Under the pieces are notes generated by a model. The model worked only from the letters and a program-made list of their open reading frames with translations, did not search any database and was not told the origin of the DNA. A DNA stretch of 64,000 nt from Azolla caroliniana (lineage: Eukaryota; Plantae; Polypodiophyta), in the NCBI GenBank assembly GCA_043228905.1, contig JBHGNT010000012.1:186001-250000 (forward strand), written 5' to 3'. Shown here one piece after another: positions 38,810-51,899 of this stretch. The number at the start of each line of letters is the position of its first letter. Positions within the stretch are counted from its first letter, which is position 1. A program made the translations under genes and the position numbers.

Positions 38810-39588
38810 TGTAATTCGTACACTACGTAAAAAACGTATAAAATAACCAATTGAATAAATATGGAGGAAAAGAAGGAAATATTAAAACATATGTTACATG
38901 CATAGGGCAAGATTTGAACCTTGTACCTCCATGTTAATAATTTGTGTATACTATTATACTAACACATCATAAATATTAAAAAAGTAGATATGCCACATAT
39001 AAAACTTATTTTATGTATATATTTTAGGAAAAACTACTTTTACACATAGAAGGCGTAAAACTTTAGTTAGAAGAAAACGCATGATCAAAAAAGTTATTCA
39101 TGCACATCTCACATTCATGAACACTATTATTAGAAGAAAATGCATAATAGGAAAAGCGATTCATGCACATCTAGTGTGCATGAAAACTTTAGAAAAAGGC
39201 ATGATGTTTTCCATGTGGAAGATATACTTGGCCTCTTCCGTCACTATAGGAGGGGAAAAGAGAAAATGTGTTGATGGGGGATTGATTCTTGGGTTTTTTA
39301 TTACGAACTAAATATTGATTAATATAATACTTGTGGGATTCACAAGTTTTGATCTCTTTTCTCAATCTATTCTAATCTATTCCAAACTATTTCAATTTAT
39401 TACTATGATTTTAAATATTAAGTTAAACTAATTTACTATATTCATGGGATTCATGAATTTCTATGATATCTTTCTTCAATCTATTCATATTGTTATCAGC
39501 CTTAAATTCTCCTCCTCCTAGTCCAAAACCCCAACGGTTCCCACCCGACTCACGCAACGATCCGGCGCCGAAAGGCACAACAACAGCA
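38810..39588 (+). mobile_element. AT-rich solo-LTR-like insertion in the copia RT
   Basis: TG...CA ends. RT sequence (GIEVIWT..GV / ISQRHY) resumes after it; degenerate TSD TCGTA/TTGTG. Confidence 0.7.
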
Positions 39589-40836
39589 TTGTGATCTCCC
39601 AACGTCACTACAATCTCAATCTTCTTTACAAGTTTGGGATGATAGAGTGTAAGCCCACCACTACCCCTCTTGATCAAAATCTAAGGCTAGATGCCGATTT
39701 TGGAACATAAGAGTGTGAGTCGACTCACTTGTCGAGAGCCTTATTTATCTCACCATTACTCGCCTGACCTCAACTACCTGGTCGGCCTCCTTAGCCAGTT
39801 TATGCAGACACCACAGAACATTCACCTGGACTATGCTAAGCGAGTGTTACGCTATGTAAGTGGGACAATGGATTTCAGCATCCTCTACAAATTAGCCACC
39901 CTGACGATTCGACTCGAAGGGTACACTGATGCCGACTAGGTAGGCGATAAAGCCAACAGACGATCAACATCAGGATTCGTTTTCTCCTTCGGTGGCGGAG
40001 CCATATCGTGGAGCAGTAAGAAGCAGCTGACAGTCGTACGGTCGCGCACAGAGGCCGAATACAAGGACATGGCAATTGCGGCATGTGAAGCCGTTTGGTT
40101 GAAACGAATCTTGAAATATCTGGGCGTTCCCATCAAGGATTTGATTCTCCTCTACTGCGACAACATGAGCAACATCCACCAAGCTCGCACCCAGTGTTCC
40201 ACACTCGAACTAAGCACATTGAGGTACATTATCACTTCATCCGAGAGTGTGTCCTGGTCAGAGATGTTGACCTGCAACACATCAACACGAATTTGCAAAC
40301 AACTAACATCTTCACGAAGGTCTTGGGAGCTGACAAGCTGCGGCAATTCACAATGGACCTAGGTTTTTCTATTACCGACTAGCCGAGCTTGAGGGGGAGT
40401 ATGAATAAGGAGCCATCTGACGTGACGTCGAACGGAGCAGAACGAACATAGGAGTGAGCCAGCCATCTGAAGCCGAAGCCAGAGTCAACCCGAAGACCAC
40501 TCCAAACCAACTATTCAGCGACTGAAAGTTGCATTTGAAGGAGCGTGTTGAGAATTAAACTCAATTCCCTAGTGTGGGAACACACCCTTGGAAATACCCA
40601 AGCGTGTGAACATCCCACCTCCTTGAACAATTAACTAAGTCTCATAGAAGTTAAGTCCTATGACACATATTTAGTAGGTAGTTAAATCTCCACCTCCTTT
40701 TCAAGTGGTGGTTGTAATGAGAGAACATAGAGAGAAGATGGCTACATAAGCACCTTCTCCTTCTCTTTGTAACTATTGGTTCATTCTTGTTCTCGTTAAT
40801 ACAATTTTCTTGTTTTTTGTATACATCGTGTTCCCT

Positions 40837-40887
<51 letters not shown>

Positions 40888-43280
40888 GCACACACACACA
40901 CACATATCTCTTCCGCTGCACAGAATCATTCTGGATTCTTTACAAATATAATACATAAAATCTTCGCAAAAACATTGTCTTTGAGATTGCAATCTTTGCT
41001 ACATGATTTGATTCATATCACCCAAACAAGTTTATTCAGGAAAGAAGTATAATGGATAATTTGCTCTTTTTTTGGGAAGCCATTGCCTTGGCTCGCAAGA
41101 AAAAAGAGGATTTAGTTATTTTGTTACTTGACTTTGAAAAAGCATATGATCGTGTTGATTGGGAGTTCCTTCATGGTACTCTTGTAAGACTTGGTTTTCC
41201 GGAGAAATGGGTGATCAGAGTGTCTACTTTGTACAATTTAGCTGGCAGTTCTATTTTGTCAAGAGGAGTTAAAGGTGATGTGTTTCAAAGTTCCCGCAGT
41301 GCACGACAAGGTTGTCCACTTGCACCATATTTATTTCTGTTTTTTGCTAAAGTGATGAGTTTGGTTTGTGGATTATAAGGAATAGCAATGCCCCTTGATG
41401 GGACAAACATTTCAATGTAGAATTTGCTGATGATACAAGTTTGTATCTCGATGGTCAAGTTAATAATTCGTAGAAAATGTGCATAGAAGTGCAAACTTTT
41501 TTATGGCTTCAAGTGCATCAATTAATTGTAATAAATCAATGGGTTTTTGGGTGTCATCAAATTCTATTCCACAATGGAGTCCTAATCCAAAATTTCGATG
41601 GATTTCCGAGGGCACCGTAGTTAGATATTTGGGATGCCAAGTAGGCTTCAATATTTCTTCAGAAATTCAGGTTGCTTCTTTACTATTGAAAAATAGGAAA
41701 ACTAACTATTGCGTGGGGGTAACGCTAAACTATCATTTGCGAGTAGAGTGGTAGTAGTTAATCAAGTTCTGTTGTCTAGCCTCTGGTATATTATGTCATG
41801 TTAGACTTTTTCTAGATAATGTATGGGACAATTACAAAGATTGATCCGGAGTTGTTTGTGGTTTGGTAATGATGGAAGTCAGGCTAGGGCAAAGGTCTCT
41901 TGGTCCACGATTGTTAAGCCACTTGATCAGGGAGGAGTGGGATTATTGATCCATTACAACATTCCAAAGCTTTTCTTGCAAAATTGGTGATTCGGGGATT
42001 GTTACCATGATCAAAACCTTAGAAACAATTGTTGTTATATGAATTGCAAACGTTTTGTCCCAAAACTACTGGGGATTGGAGGCCTAATTTTTTATGGAGT
42101 TTTATGGAACATAACAAGTTGGCTATTTCACAAACTAGGAAAACAAATTTGCTCCATCTGTTCTTAATGCATGGAAAGATGTTTCTCTTGACTTAGGTAA
42201 GAGATTGCCAAAAACATAATGATTCTGAATTTTGTAAACAATTACCCCCGATTTGGCATTCATGTTTGACTGACCAGAGGGGACAGAGGTTGGGAAGGCG
42301 TACTAGATGTGCATGGGCTGAACTAGATTGTGGACCAGTACAATTTGTAGGTGCGTGCGTGGACAACATTTTTGTCTAAACCTATAGACCAACAAATGTT
42401 ACTGCTTAATAATATAAGGGGTAGAAAAGTAATGTATTCTGCAATACAAAACACCCTTTCTAATATTCAGATGCAAATTAACTGTCGCACAGAAGTGGAT
42501 GGGTTTATTTACTCCATTGGATGGTTTGATTATAGTAAAAGCCTATATTGGGGAACAGGAGTGTATGATTTTTTATGTACAAGATGATGGTAGGTTAATC
42601 TTCACACCTAAGGAAACTAATTTGTTTAGTTTTTGTTTGCATAAAGAAGTGAGGGTGATTACAAATGATGGATCAAATTAGGTTTTAGATACGAATCATC
42701 AAAAGGTAAAATCTTTTTGGTGGATTTGGATTACGAAAAGGAGACAAATATCAAGATTATCTTGGGGTCCTGGAGAATTGTATTGCAAGGTGTGGGCTCA
42801 AGATTAGATAAAATATGTGCCTTTTTTTAATATTCTGTGAATATTGGTAGGAAAATATTAGGTGTTAGATCATGGAAAGAGCCAACTGCAAATGTCATTT
42901 GGAGATGAAATGGACTTTCTCCACAACATCAACTATTTAGGAAATGGTTGTGGGGTATAAAAATGAGTAGAAAATTTGTTTGTTTCCGTTTGTTATTGGT
43001 TCATAAAGCTATAGGGGTGTAAAAAAGAGAACGTAGACAAGATGTGCCCTTTCTCTATGGATGTAGTAGAGACGGTTAAACATTGTTTGTGGAGTTGTGG
43101 TTTTGTTATGGACATATGGAAACGAATCATAACATTATTAATGTCAGTACCTCGAGCAATGTACACATGGGGAGTGGTATTATTGGCAATAATACAAGAT
43201 AAACCTATGGTATATGAACAAGAGGAGGTTGCAGATGCTATAGTGATGAGACATGGTTTGATGGAAAAAAAGTGATACCT

Positions 43281-43700
43281 TTGAATCCACAAATAAAGAC
43301 AAATAAACCTCAAACATGGATGCCAAATAATTTCTAGGATTTGGACAGAGATTGTGCATAATCTCGGAGGTTTGTTGGATAGTATAAAAGGTAATATGCA
43401 ACAAGCAGAGCTTAAGCGATTGAGTTTCATGCCATTTGGGACATAGTTATATTTTATTCTCAGATGTCTAATAAGGTGGAGTGGTTCTACTTGAATCCAC
43501 AAATAAAGACAAATAAACCTCAAACATGGATGCCAAATAATTTCTAGGATTTGAACAGAGATTGTGCATAATCTCGGAGGTTTGTTGGATAGTATAAAAG
43601 GTAATATGCAACAAGCAGAGCTTAAGCGATTGAGTTTCATGCCATTTGGGACATAGTTATATTTTATAAACGGATGTCTAATAAGGTGGAGTGGTTTTAC
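43281..43700 (+). repeat. 210-bp tandem duplication at the LINE 3-prime end
   Basis: ttgaatccacaaataaagac starts at 43281 and 43491; the units are nearly identical. Confidence 0.95.
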
Positions 43701-45003
43701 TTGGCACCAACGTATTTATTTAAGCTGATGGGTACAATTTAGAGAAAAAGGGGATTTGTGGTATATCTTGTATGTATAGCCTTACAACGTTTTATAATAC
43801 TAATGTAATATCTTTTTTTGGAAAAAATAAAAAATAAAAAAACAATTAAATAATAGTGGTTAATAGAAAATAACATAACATAACATAATAATCAAATATC
43901 TTTGCTAACTAATGTGAAGTAGTGTTTTTTTGGAGAAAAAAATAATCAAATATCTATCTCCTCAACGTACTTATAAATAGACACAAACTAATGAACAAAC
44001 AAACAAAATCCAAGAATTCTCCTTAAACCAAGAAATCCTAAACCCTAAACCCTAAACCCATGAAGGTTTACTACTTTAATCTCCCTAGTTCAAGTTCTCG
44101 GTGGATCTGTTCCACTTCACATGCATGCATGTAACTTCGCGGCAACACTCAAGGGGTGAACACAAGATTAAGTATATTCATGCTAACATAACAAATCTTG
44201 AGGAGGCCCAAAGCACTTGTTTAATACATTAAAAAATCCGTTTTATGAAACATGGCTTCCAAGATCATTATATTTAATCACAAGAGTAATTATAAAGTTT
44301 TTATAATAGTGGCATGCCTTTGAGTTATGCTAACTTTGGTTGGAGTTTAAACATTTGCATTTTTGTCCTCTGACATTTGATAATATCGCCTTTTCTTTCG
44401 CCCTATCATTTTATATTATTAAAACCTTTTCATTTTTACCTTCTACGAGCTTTAACATTGATGTAAGAATGCTAGCGCACACATTGGAAAGAGGATCGTC
44501 AGAATGCAGCTCATACAAATTATAGTGGTTGGACTCTCTATGAGGAATATAAAATGCAGCTTCTCTTTACATAGTATTACGTCAACCCAATGCTTACCAA
44601 TCCTTTGTATACATAAGGACTCTCCATTGCTTGCCAATCCATCATATATCGAAGCACAAATCACTCTCCATTGCCTGATAAAAGAGTTGAGGAGGAGCAA
44701 ATGCATTGAAAAACATATAGGAGAAGGCCGCGACGGCTCGACCATCCTTGCTCAGTGACCAATGCCAAGAAGCATGATGATGATGATGATCATATACTGT
44801 GATTCAAGTGTGAGGAGCATGAGAGGCAAGCATACGCTGCTCGAGAGACCGACCGACCTGGGGCCATGGAGAAGCCTCATGATTGATTCATGGGATGGAG
44901 AAGGATACATACATACATACATACATACATACATACAAACAAGTTCTCTTGATCTCATTTAATAATATGTCGTTCATCTATCTGTCTATGCATACATATA
45001 TAC

Positions 45004-45036
<33 letters not shown>

Positions 45037-45038
45037 TG

Positions 45039-45071
<33 letters not shown>

Positions 45072-45369
45072 AATCATCTACCCCCATGGTCTCGCCTGCT
45101 CTCCGCTTCGTTTCTTGGCTACAATTTCTTGGCCATGGCTATGGCGGATCCTGCGCCGCCTTTCCTTCACATACACCATCGTCTTTAACCACTGCAACGA
45201 ATCCCTTCCTTTGTCGTCACTCTGAAAATCTCTCAGAAATCCCTCTGCTGCATTCTAAACCCTTAAAGAAGACCCCGGCGCCTTAAAAGACAAAAACACT
45301 CTAGAACCCTTCAAAGTTTTCTCATGTTGATCGATACATAAACCCTGGAAAAAGGTTTTGATGAAAACA

Positions 45370-45406
45370 AAACCCTAGACGTGGCTTTGATGTATGTGAA
45401 ACCCTA
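45370..45406 (+). promoter_or_regulatory. Two telo-box motifs (AAACCCTA) upstream of the NMCP ATG
   Basis: AAACCCTA at ~45370 and ~45398. Function inferred from known plant telo-box elements. Confidence 0.4.
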
Positions 45407-45492
45407 AAAAGTCCGTGACTCATTCTAAATCCTAGAAATAAACGATAGAACCTCATCATCATTGAAGAAGAAGGGTTGCATTTCGGTTCGCC

Positions 45493-48400
45493 ATGTTTAC
45501 TCCACAGAGAAAGGCATGGCCAAGATGGTCTCCATTATATGCAGAAAGGAAAGAGAAAGGAACGGTAGTTTGTTCTATTCCAGTTGATACCATTCTTGCT
45601 GCTACAGAGAGTAACAGAGAGATAAGCCCTCCGCAAGGATTGATTAGGTCAGTTGTAGAAGGAGATGGGTGCTCTGTTGGACAGTCTGAAACTGACATTT
45701 GGCGGCATTTCAAAGAGGTAGGGGCTCTTGATGAAGGCTCAATTGAGAAGAAGGATCGAGCTACTTTAATGGGCCACATTTCCAGATTGGAATCTGAGGT
45801 ACTTCAATAATTCTATGCATTGATATAATTAGAATCATGTGTTGGCTGCCGTACATATGCTTTGGTCTTTGTTTGGTAAATGTAGATATGCTTTGTATTC
45901 TGCATAGATAAGACTAGATGACTGGATTAATCTAGGCAAGCTTGGTTAATATGAATGACACTCTATATTCAACTTGGTTACTTTAATATGTTCAACACAA
46001 GCAGTTGAAAACAAATGAATGATAGCATACTTATTCAGCATTATGTATCAGCATATGAGCTTGATTTTCGGAGACTCCTGAACCGTCTGCATGATAGCTG
46101 TCTGGACTTGCGATTTAGGGGAAGCGTTAGAGATCATTGACCATCACTCTTGGTCTAGCATTTCAATGATAGTCTTAGAACAAACTCATGGTTCGCTTCT
46201 AGGCAAATTCTTACTATTATCACATGAAGTAGTTGCAGTGATTTCTCAATACAAACAATAATACAATGGTTTTTGTTTCAATAAATATTGATGCAGCTTT
46301 ATGACTATCAATACAATATGGGCCTTCTGCTAATGGAACGGAATGAATGGGGTCAACAAACTGAGAAATTGAAATCTATAGCTCAAGATGCAGAAGAGAA
46401 GCTACGAAGAGAGCTTGCTGCACACCTTTTAGCGGTCGCAGAAGCTGAAAAGCGTGAAGAGTCTTTAAAGCAAGCTCTTGCTGCTGAAAAACTATGTGTA
46501 TATAATGTGAGTATCTTGCATTTTTTATATTATGGTTTTCAGCTTGGTCTTGGAATCTGGAATTACAAATATGCCGAATCTCTAGCGGCTTTTTGTAATC
46601 CTTTAATTCTTGTTACTGTATTATTGTCAGCTTGAGAATGCATTGAAGGAAGTGAGGTCTGAGTCTGCAGAAATAAAGCTTCTGGCTGAAAATAAATTGA
46701 AAGAAGCACAAGAATTGATTTCTGGAACAACTAATAAAGCTTTGGAGGCTGAGTCAAAGCTGCACATGATGGATGCCTTACAGGCAGAATTGAGCCACAA
46801 GAAAGGCATTGCAGAAAGGAAGCTACAGGAAGCTGAAGCACAGGAAGATATTTTGAGGAGAGAAAGGCTAGCTTTCAAAGCTCAGTAAGTTTTTTAGTTA
46901 CTTTTATATTGTGTAATGATATAGTTGTATAGTAGAAATGGGAGACCACATTGTTCTAATATCTCTAGCTTATCATCAGATAAGAGCTTATTTTCAGCAT
47001 TTCTTATGAGATTGCAAATATATCGATCAATTAATGACTGTATAATCCTATTCCTTCTTATGTAACAGATTGTGGGCTCTTTTTCTCCTATAGTATGCTA
47101 AGGTTCCAAAAATGTGTTATGCTGATTCATAACTTGTATGCATGTATAATCATACTTGGAGTCAAAATATACTAATATAAAGTGTATGATATTCATATTT
47201 AGACAAGAAGCTAACGAAAAGGAGCTGAACCGTCAGAAACAGAGCTTTCTTGAATGGGAGAAAAAGCTGGAAGAAGGTCAAGCAAGGTTGCTAGAAGGGC
47301 AAAAATTACTTAATCAGACTGAGGAGAGTATAAATCAAACAGAGTCTGCTCTGAAGAAAATGAAAAATGATTTACTAGCTATGAAAAAACAAATGGAGGA
47401 TGAACGTTCATCATTGCAACAATTAGAAGCTGATTGCTCATCAAAGCTCTCTAGTGTAGCAATTAGGGAAGAGGTATGCTCTCAACATATTGCTGTATGG
47501 ACTTTCCTAATGAGATATCCTCATGCTTCTAATTTTATTTCGATGAATCAGGTAATAGTAAAAAAGGAGATTGCAATGGAAACAAAGGAGCGCGAATTGA
47601 TACTGCTTAAAGAGATGCTTTCAAACAGAGAACGTGTAAGATATAATGGATAATTCCCATTTTACTCATTAACTGTGGAATCTGTCTAATGAAATGCACT
47701 TCTTAAATCATGTAAGGAAGAGTATAATACATCAATCCCAGAATGAGATGATGTCTCATTATTAGAGTCCATAATTTTTTCTTTGACCTTGATTATTCAA
47801 GATTGTTTGACAGATACTAGAGAAGCGTGATGAACATGTCAATGCGACTGAGGTTCTTGTCTCAAAAGAAAGACAACATATAGAAGATTTAGAGAAGACA
47901 TTGAAACAAAGAGAAGCTGCATTGTCAGAAAAACAGCACAATCTGGTAAGCCTTAATCACATCATTGATTTTTTTTTTTAATAAATCTAGTGCAGAGAAA
48001 AAACTCATAGTAAAAGTTTCTTTTCCTAACTTCTATTGTGATTTAAAGGAAACAACTGTCAATGTTTCTCTTTCTTTATAACTAGTTCCTCTTATTGCAT
48101 CAAGAAAGTGTCAGGAAAAAGAGAAAATAAAAACATATTTACATTTATGGAATGTACTGAGCCAATGATGGGGACCACTTTGGTAGATGCAAACACGTGT
48201 AGATGTTAAACAATTATTATATAGAGCGACATTAAGAAGTGGAATTTGCTTGAACTCTTCAACACGTTACTTGAAGAGTTTGGGTATGTACTACTTGTTT
48301 GTGCAAGCTTTACAATATAATAATTGCAATCCAGATGGATAAGCTATTATTGTAATCAACCAAGCTATTAGCTTATATTGCAACTTGCTTGGTTGATCCA

Positions 48401-51213
48401 TTCCTTTCATGGTGTGAATAATTTTGCATACCAATGTCTTCGATTACATGATAGCTTGTAACTTCTGGAGTTCATGCATGTATTTTATGAATGGTTGTTT
48501 CTGTTTATTGAGGTTTTGAATTAATCGTCAGTTGGAGCACTTGAAGCATAGAGTCTATTCTTAGGGTTTAGGGTTTAAGTGCTCAAGCACACATGTACAT
48601 TCTGGTATTTTGTGTACCTTCAATTCTGGTGGCAGAGTAGTTTGCTGCAAGCATAGCTTTATTAAGTGCGCTATATCATGTTTGCAATGGCTTATGTTGA
48701 CATGCAGACTGAGCTGCAAATTTTAGTGGAACAGCAAAAAGAGGAGGCTAACTCCAAAAAGGCAGACTATGAACAGCTTTTTATAACACAGCAATTGCTG
48801 AAGCAAGAATTAATCGAAGAGCAAAAGAGGCTTACACTTACTAAGCAAGAAAGAGAAGAACAACTTAAGCTGAAAACATGCCTGAAAGAGGAGATTGATG
48901 ACTATAGAGCTAAAACAAAATCAATGAGTATGGAAGCCGAGGAATTGAATCGAGAGAAAGAGAGGCTTGAGAAAGAATGGGAAATGCTTGATGAGAAGAG
49001 TGAGAATGTGAAAAAATCAATGGAAAAAGTCGATGAAGAGGCACAAAGAGTGTCTGCATGGTTGCTTGCTGAAGAGGTGAGGTTAAAGGAAGAGAGAAGG
49101 CTGTTACAAGATCAAATGAGAAAGGAATCAGAAGCTTTGAAGCTGGAGATGGAGACGTTCACTAGAAGAATTGAACATGAAAGGGCAGAGTGGTTTGCGT
49201 CCGTAGAGAAGGATAAGGACGACCTTATAAGAGATCTGGAGCAAAGGAGAAGAGAGTTGGAAACAAACATAGAAAAGCAGAGGGAGGACATTGGAAATCA
49301 TTTAAGGGAAGAAGAGCTGCGAATGAAGAGAGAACTTGAAAGGGAGAGGGAAAAGATTACCGCACCGTCTGAAGTGGTTGGAAAAGAGCTAGAAGAAGTC
49401 CGTTTGGAAAGACTAGAGCTTGAGAAAATGAGGGAAGAGATTACTCGAAGACATAAAGAATCTGAACAGCAGTGGATTGAGATCAGGAAAAATATCAATG
49501 AGCTGGGATTTGAGAAGGAGAAGCTTAAGGAGCAAAGTGAAGCTTTAATTAAACAAAGAGAAGAAAACATTGAAGAGGCTGAAAGACTTAAGAAGTTGAG
49601 AATTGAGCAACAAACTAGTCAGCAAAATGAAGAATTGTTGTCCCATGGCAATAGAGACAAAATGCTAAGACAAAACTCAGAACCAGATTTACTTCCTAGT
49701 GAAGCTGAAGACTCAACCTTTCAGTTTCCACTGAATGTTGATGGTAGAATCAGTGATGGAAAATTAACCGAGTCTCCTGCCCGACTTTCTTGGCTACAGA
49801 AATGTGTGTCAGGTATATCAGTATCACCAGAAAAGATGGCAAACTCCAATGGAACAACCAAGGATTTGGAAGAGAGTAATGCTTCTCTGGGGTCAGAGCT
49901 TGGTAACAACCAACTGGACACAAGATCTGATGGAGGCCAAGTAGGATTCAATCCAGTTTCAAGGTCAAGTGCAAGCTTTACTCCTAGCAGTACTAGAGGT
50001 AAACTCAAGAAGAGTCAGAAAGCCAAAACCCCAAGTCTTAGAAGGGCGCCCCCTACCCCTACACTGAATGTAGATGCTGAAAGATTATATGAGTCTCAAT
50101 TGCAACATAAAGAGATTATCAGCAGTCACAAGTACAAAGAAGGATTGCAGATGCATGAGGAAAAGTTCATAGATTCAGGCACTCAATCAGCTATTGAGCA
50201 TGATAAAGACACTATGTCTTATATTGAAACGAGAAAGCGAGCTTTTAGTCAGACTACTGATACTATGAGTGAAGCAGAAACTGGAGACATGGAAGCAGAG
50301 TCTGAGATCACAACAGGTGGCAAGAGGAGACGGCATAGTAAAGATCACGGAATTTCTTTATCAAGTGATTTGAAGGAGACTCCCAGGACAAAGCGTTACA
50401 ATTTAAGACGCTCTACTGTGTAAGTCTATGGAAGAAAACAATTTTTCTTATTGCAATTTACTGCACTTTTCTGTTTGTCTTCGCGAACTTATCAATTTGT
50501 TTATGCTTGTTCCAGTACCAAGACGGGGGCTTCAAAAACAGTAGCTGGTCGAGAAACTCATGATCAAGAGAACTTGAATGTAAGCGTTATGATTTTGTGT
50601 GTTTATGCTGCTAGTATTCCTTTGTTCTGGTTATGATCACTCGGTTCCAGACATTTAAATGAGAAGGAAATTAGTTTGTCTTAAACTTCGTAATAACATG
50701 CATAGAAGTGTCATGTCATGATTTGAAAATTGGGAAGTAGCCGTAAAAACTAATACAGCTTACACCAGAACTAGAGTCAACTAGTGAGAGTGAATTTGGT
50801 GAAGTTAGAAATATGCAGAAGTTGGTGAACATAAAAAATCGGAATCTACAGTAAAGTGAGCGGTAGTTGCACAATTGAATAAATGATTTGAGGAGTAGGT
50901 TAATAGCTGCCTATTTTTCGTTTGAGATAGAACTACTAGACAATGGCCTTCCTGCATCATGACAATGCAGGGTTTGATTATTGAATGTTGAATAATGGTG
51001 TTGAGCCATGTCTACGCAATACAGACTTCTGGAGTTTATTCCTTATCAATTTCTGCAATAGCTGAAAACATTTAAACTTCAATAATTATGACGTTGTTTC
51101 TGTCACAGGATTCATTCAATGTTCAAAATATTAATGAATTATTTTATACCCTTCAGCACTCAAATGATTGGTTTTCTTATATACTGCAGGATGTTAAAAG
51201 AAATTTGTGGTGA
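45493..51213 (+). CDS. NMCP1: NMCP1/CROWDED NUCLEI-type nuclear lamina protein; exons 45493-45798, 46297-46506, 46631-46884, 47203-47473, 47552-47635, 47814-47945, 48708-50419, 50516-50579 and probable 51190-51213 (~1018 aa)
   Basis: Motifs MFTPQRKAWPRWS, LYDYQYNMGLLLME, LENALKEVRSESAE, SPARLSWLQKC, KRRR NLS and KRYNLRR. Long coiled coil; all junctions GT-AG and in phase. Last exon less certain. Confidence 0.93.
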
Positions 51214-51899
51214 ATGGCAAAACGAGTGCAGAGGGCTGCAAAGATTTAAAATAGCAAATATAATTATTATTTTTTTGTGTGTGGGGGGGGGGGGGGGGGC
51301 GACTGAGGAAGTTGGGTTGGATGTTTCGGAGACCTACTTTACTTTATATAAAACGAAAGATTTGTACAGTTGGAAGAATAATAATCATAATACTATGAAG
51401 TTGATCCACATGTACATAAACTGGTGTATAAGCTATGCTTTATTCATTCAAAGGAGAAGAAGATCAATTTTGCATATGAGTTTGTCCTGCTAATCTTAAT
51501 GGAAGAAGCGAGACAGTGGGAGCATCTTTGTTGATGAATTAATATGAAGGCAGTTTGCTTGAACAATAACAATTTATACATTTCCTATTCAAATACTTCT
51601 TTGGTCTCTTTAATCATGGTGATTCTCTCTACTTGTTATATGTAGATCCGATATAACGCTTGTGTCCATAAAATATAGGAGGTGATATTGATTGAATCAT
51701 TGCGAGGTCTCAGTTTTTCAATCACATGTTTTCCAAATGTTTTGGGCTAATGACCCTTCTATCGTGGTCATCTGATAAGGCATGAAAACCTAGCTTGATG
51801 ATCACGAATCCTTGGTTTGGCCAAGGTTCTCAATGCCGTGTTTAGATGTTAAATATCCATAGGAACCTTGCTCAAAAATCTTCTCCATAGGAACCTTGC

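Larger units (their letters stand above)
36755..40944 (+). mobile_element. Internally deleted, older Ty1/copia element related to 31117-36596
   Basis: LTRs 36755-37090 and 40546-40944; degenerate PBS TGGTAATAGAGC at 37091; TSD AATAC/AATAT. gag jumps to RT at ~38205 (protease and integrase missing); RT/RNase H to ~40400. Confidence 0.93.
29900..43843 (+). mobile_element. L1-clade LINE ORF2 (5-prime truncated, decayed), split into 29900-30351, 30889-31116, 36597-36754 and 40945-43843
   Basis: Motifs GDRVNKMFF, CPGEDG, LIPK..DIRKWRSIT, LLDFEKAYDRVDW, RQGCPLAPYLF, FADDT and CPF..ETVKHCLWSC occur in order across the pieces. A-rich tail at 43822-43843. Confidence 0.9.

Noticed and set aside
42993-43640. 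215-aa minus-strand ORF with an internal repeat
   Set aside because: It is antisense to the LINE, and its length comes from the 210-bp duplication.
44035-44060. AAACCCT repeats as an interstitial telomere (also ~48562-48577)
   Set aside because: Only 2-3 units, which is common in plant genomes.
44452-45286. Short ORFs upstream of NMCP as a small gene
   Set aside because: No recognisable motif or consistent splice structure; partly microsatellite.
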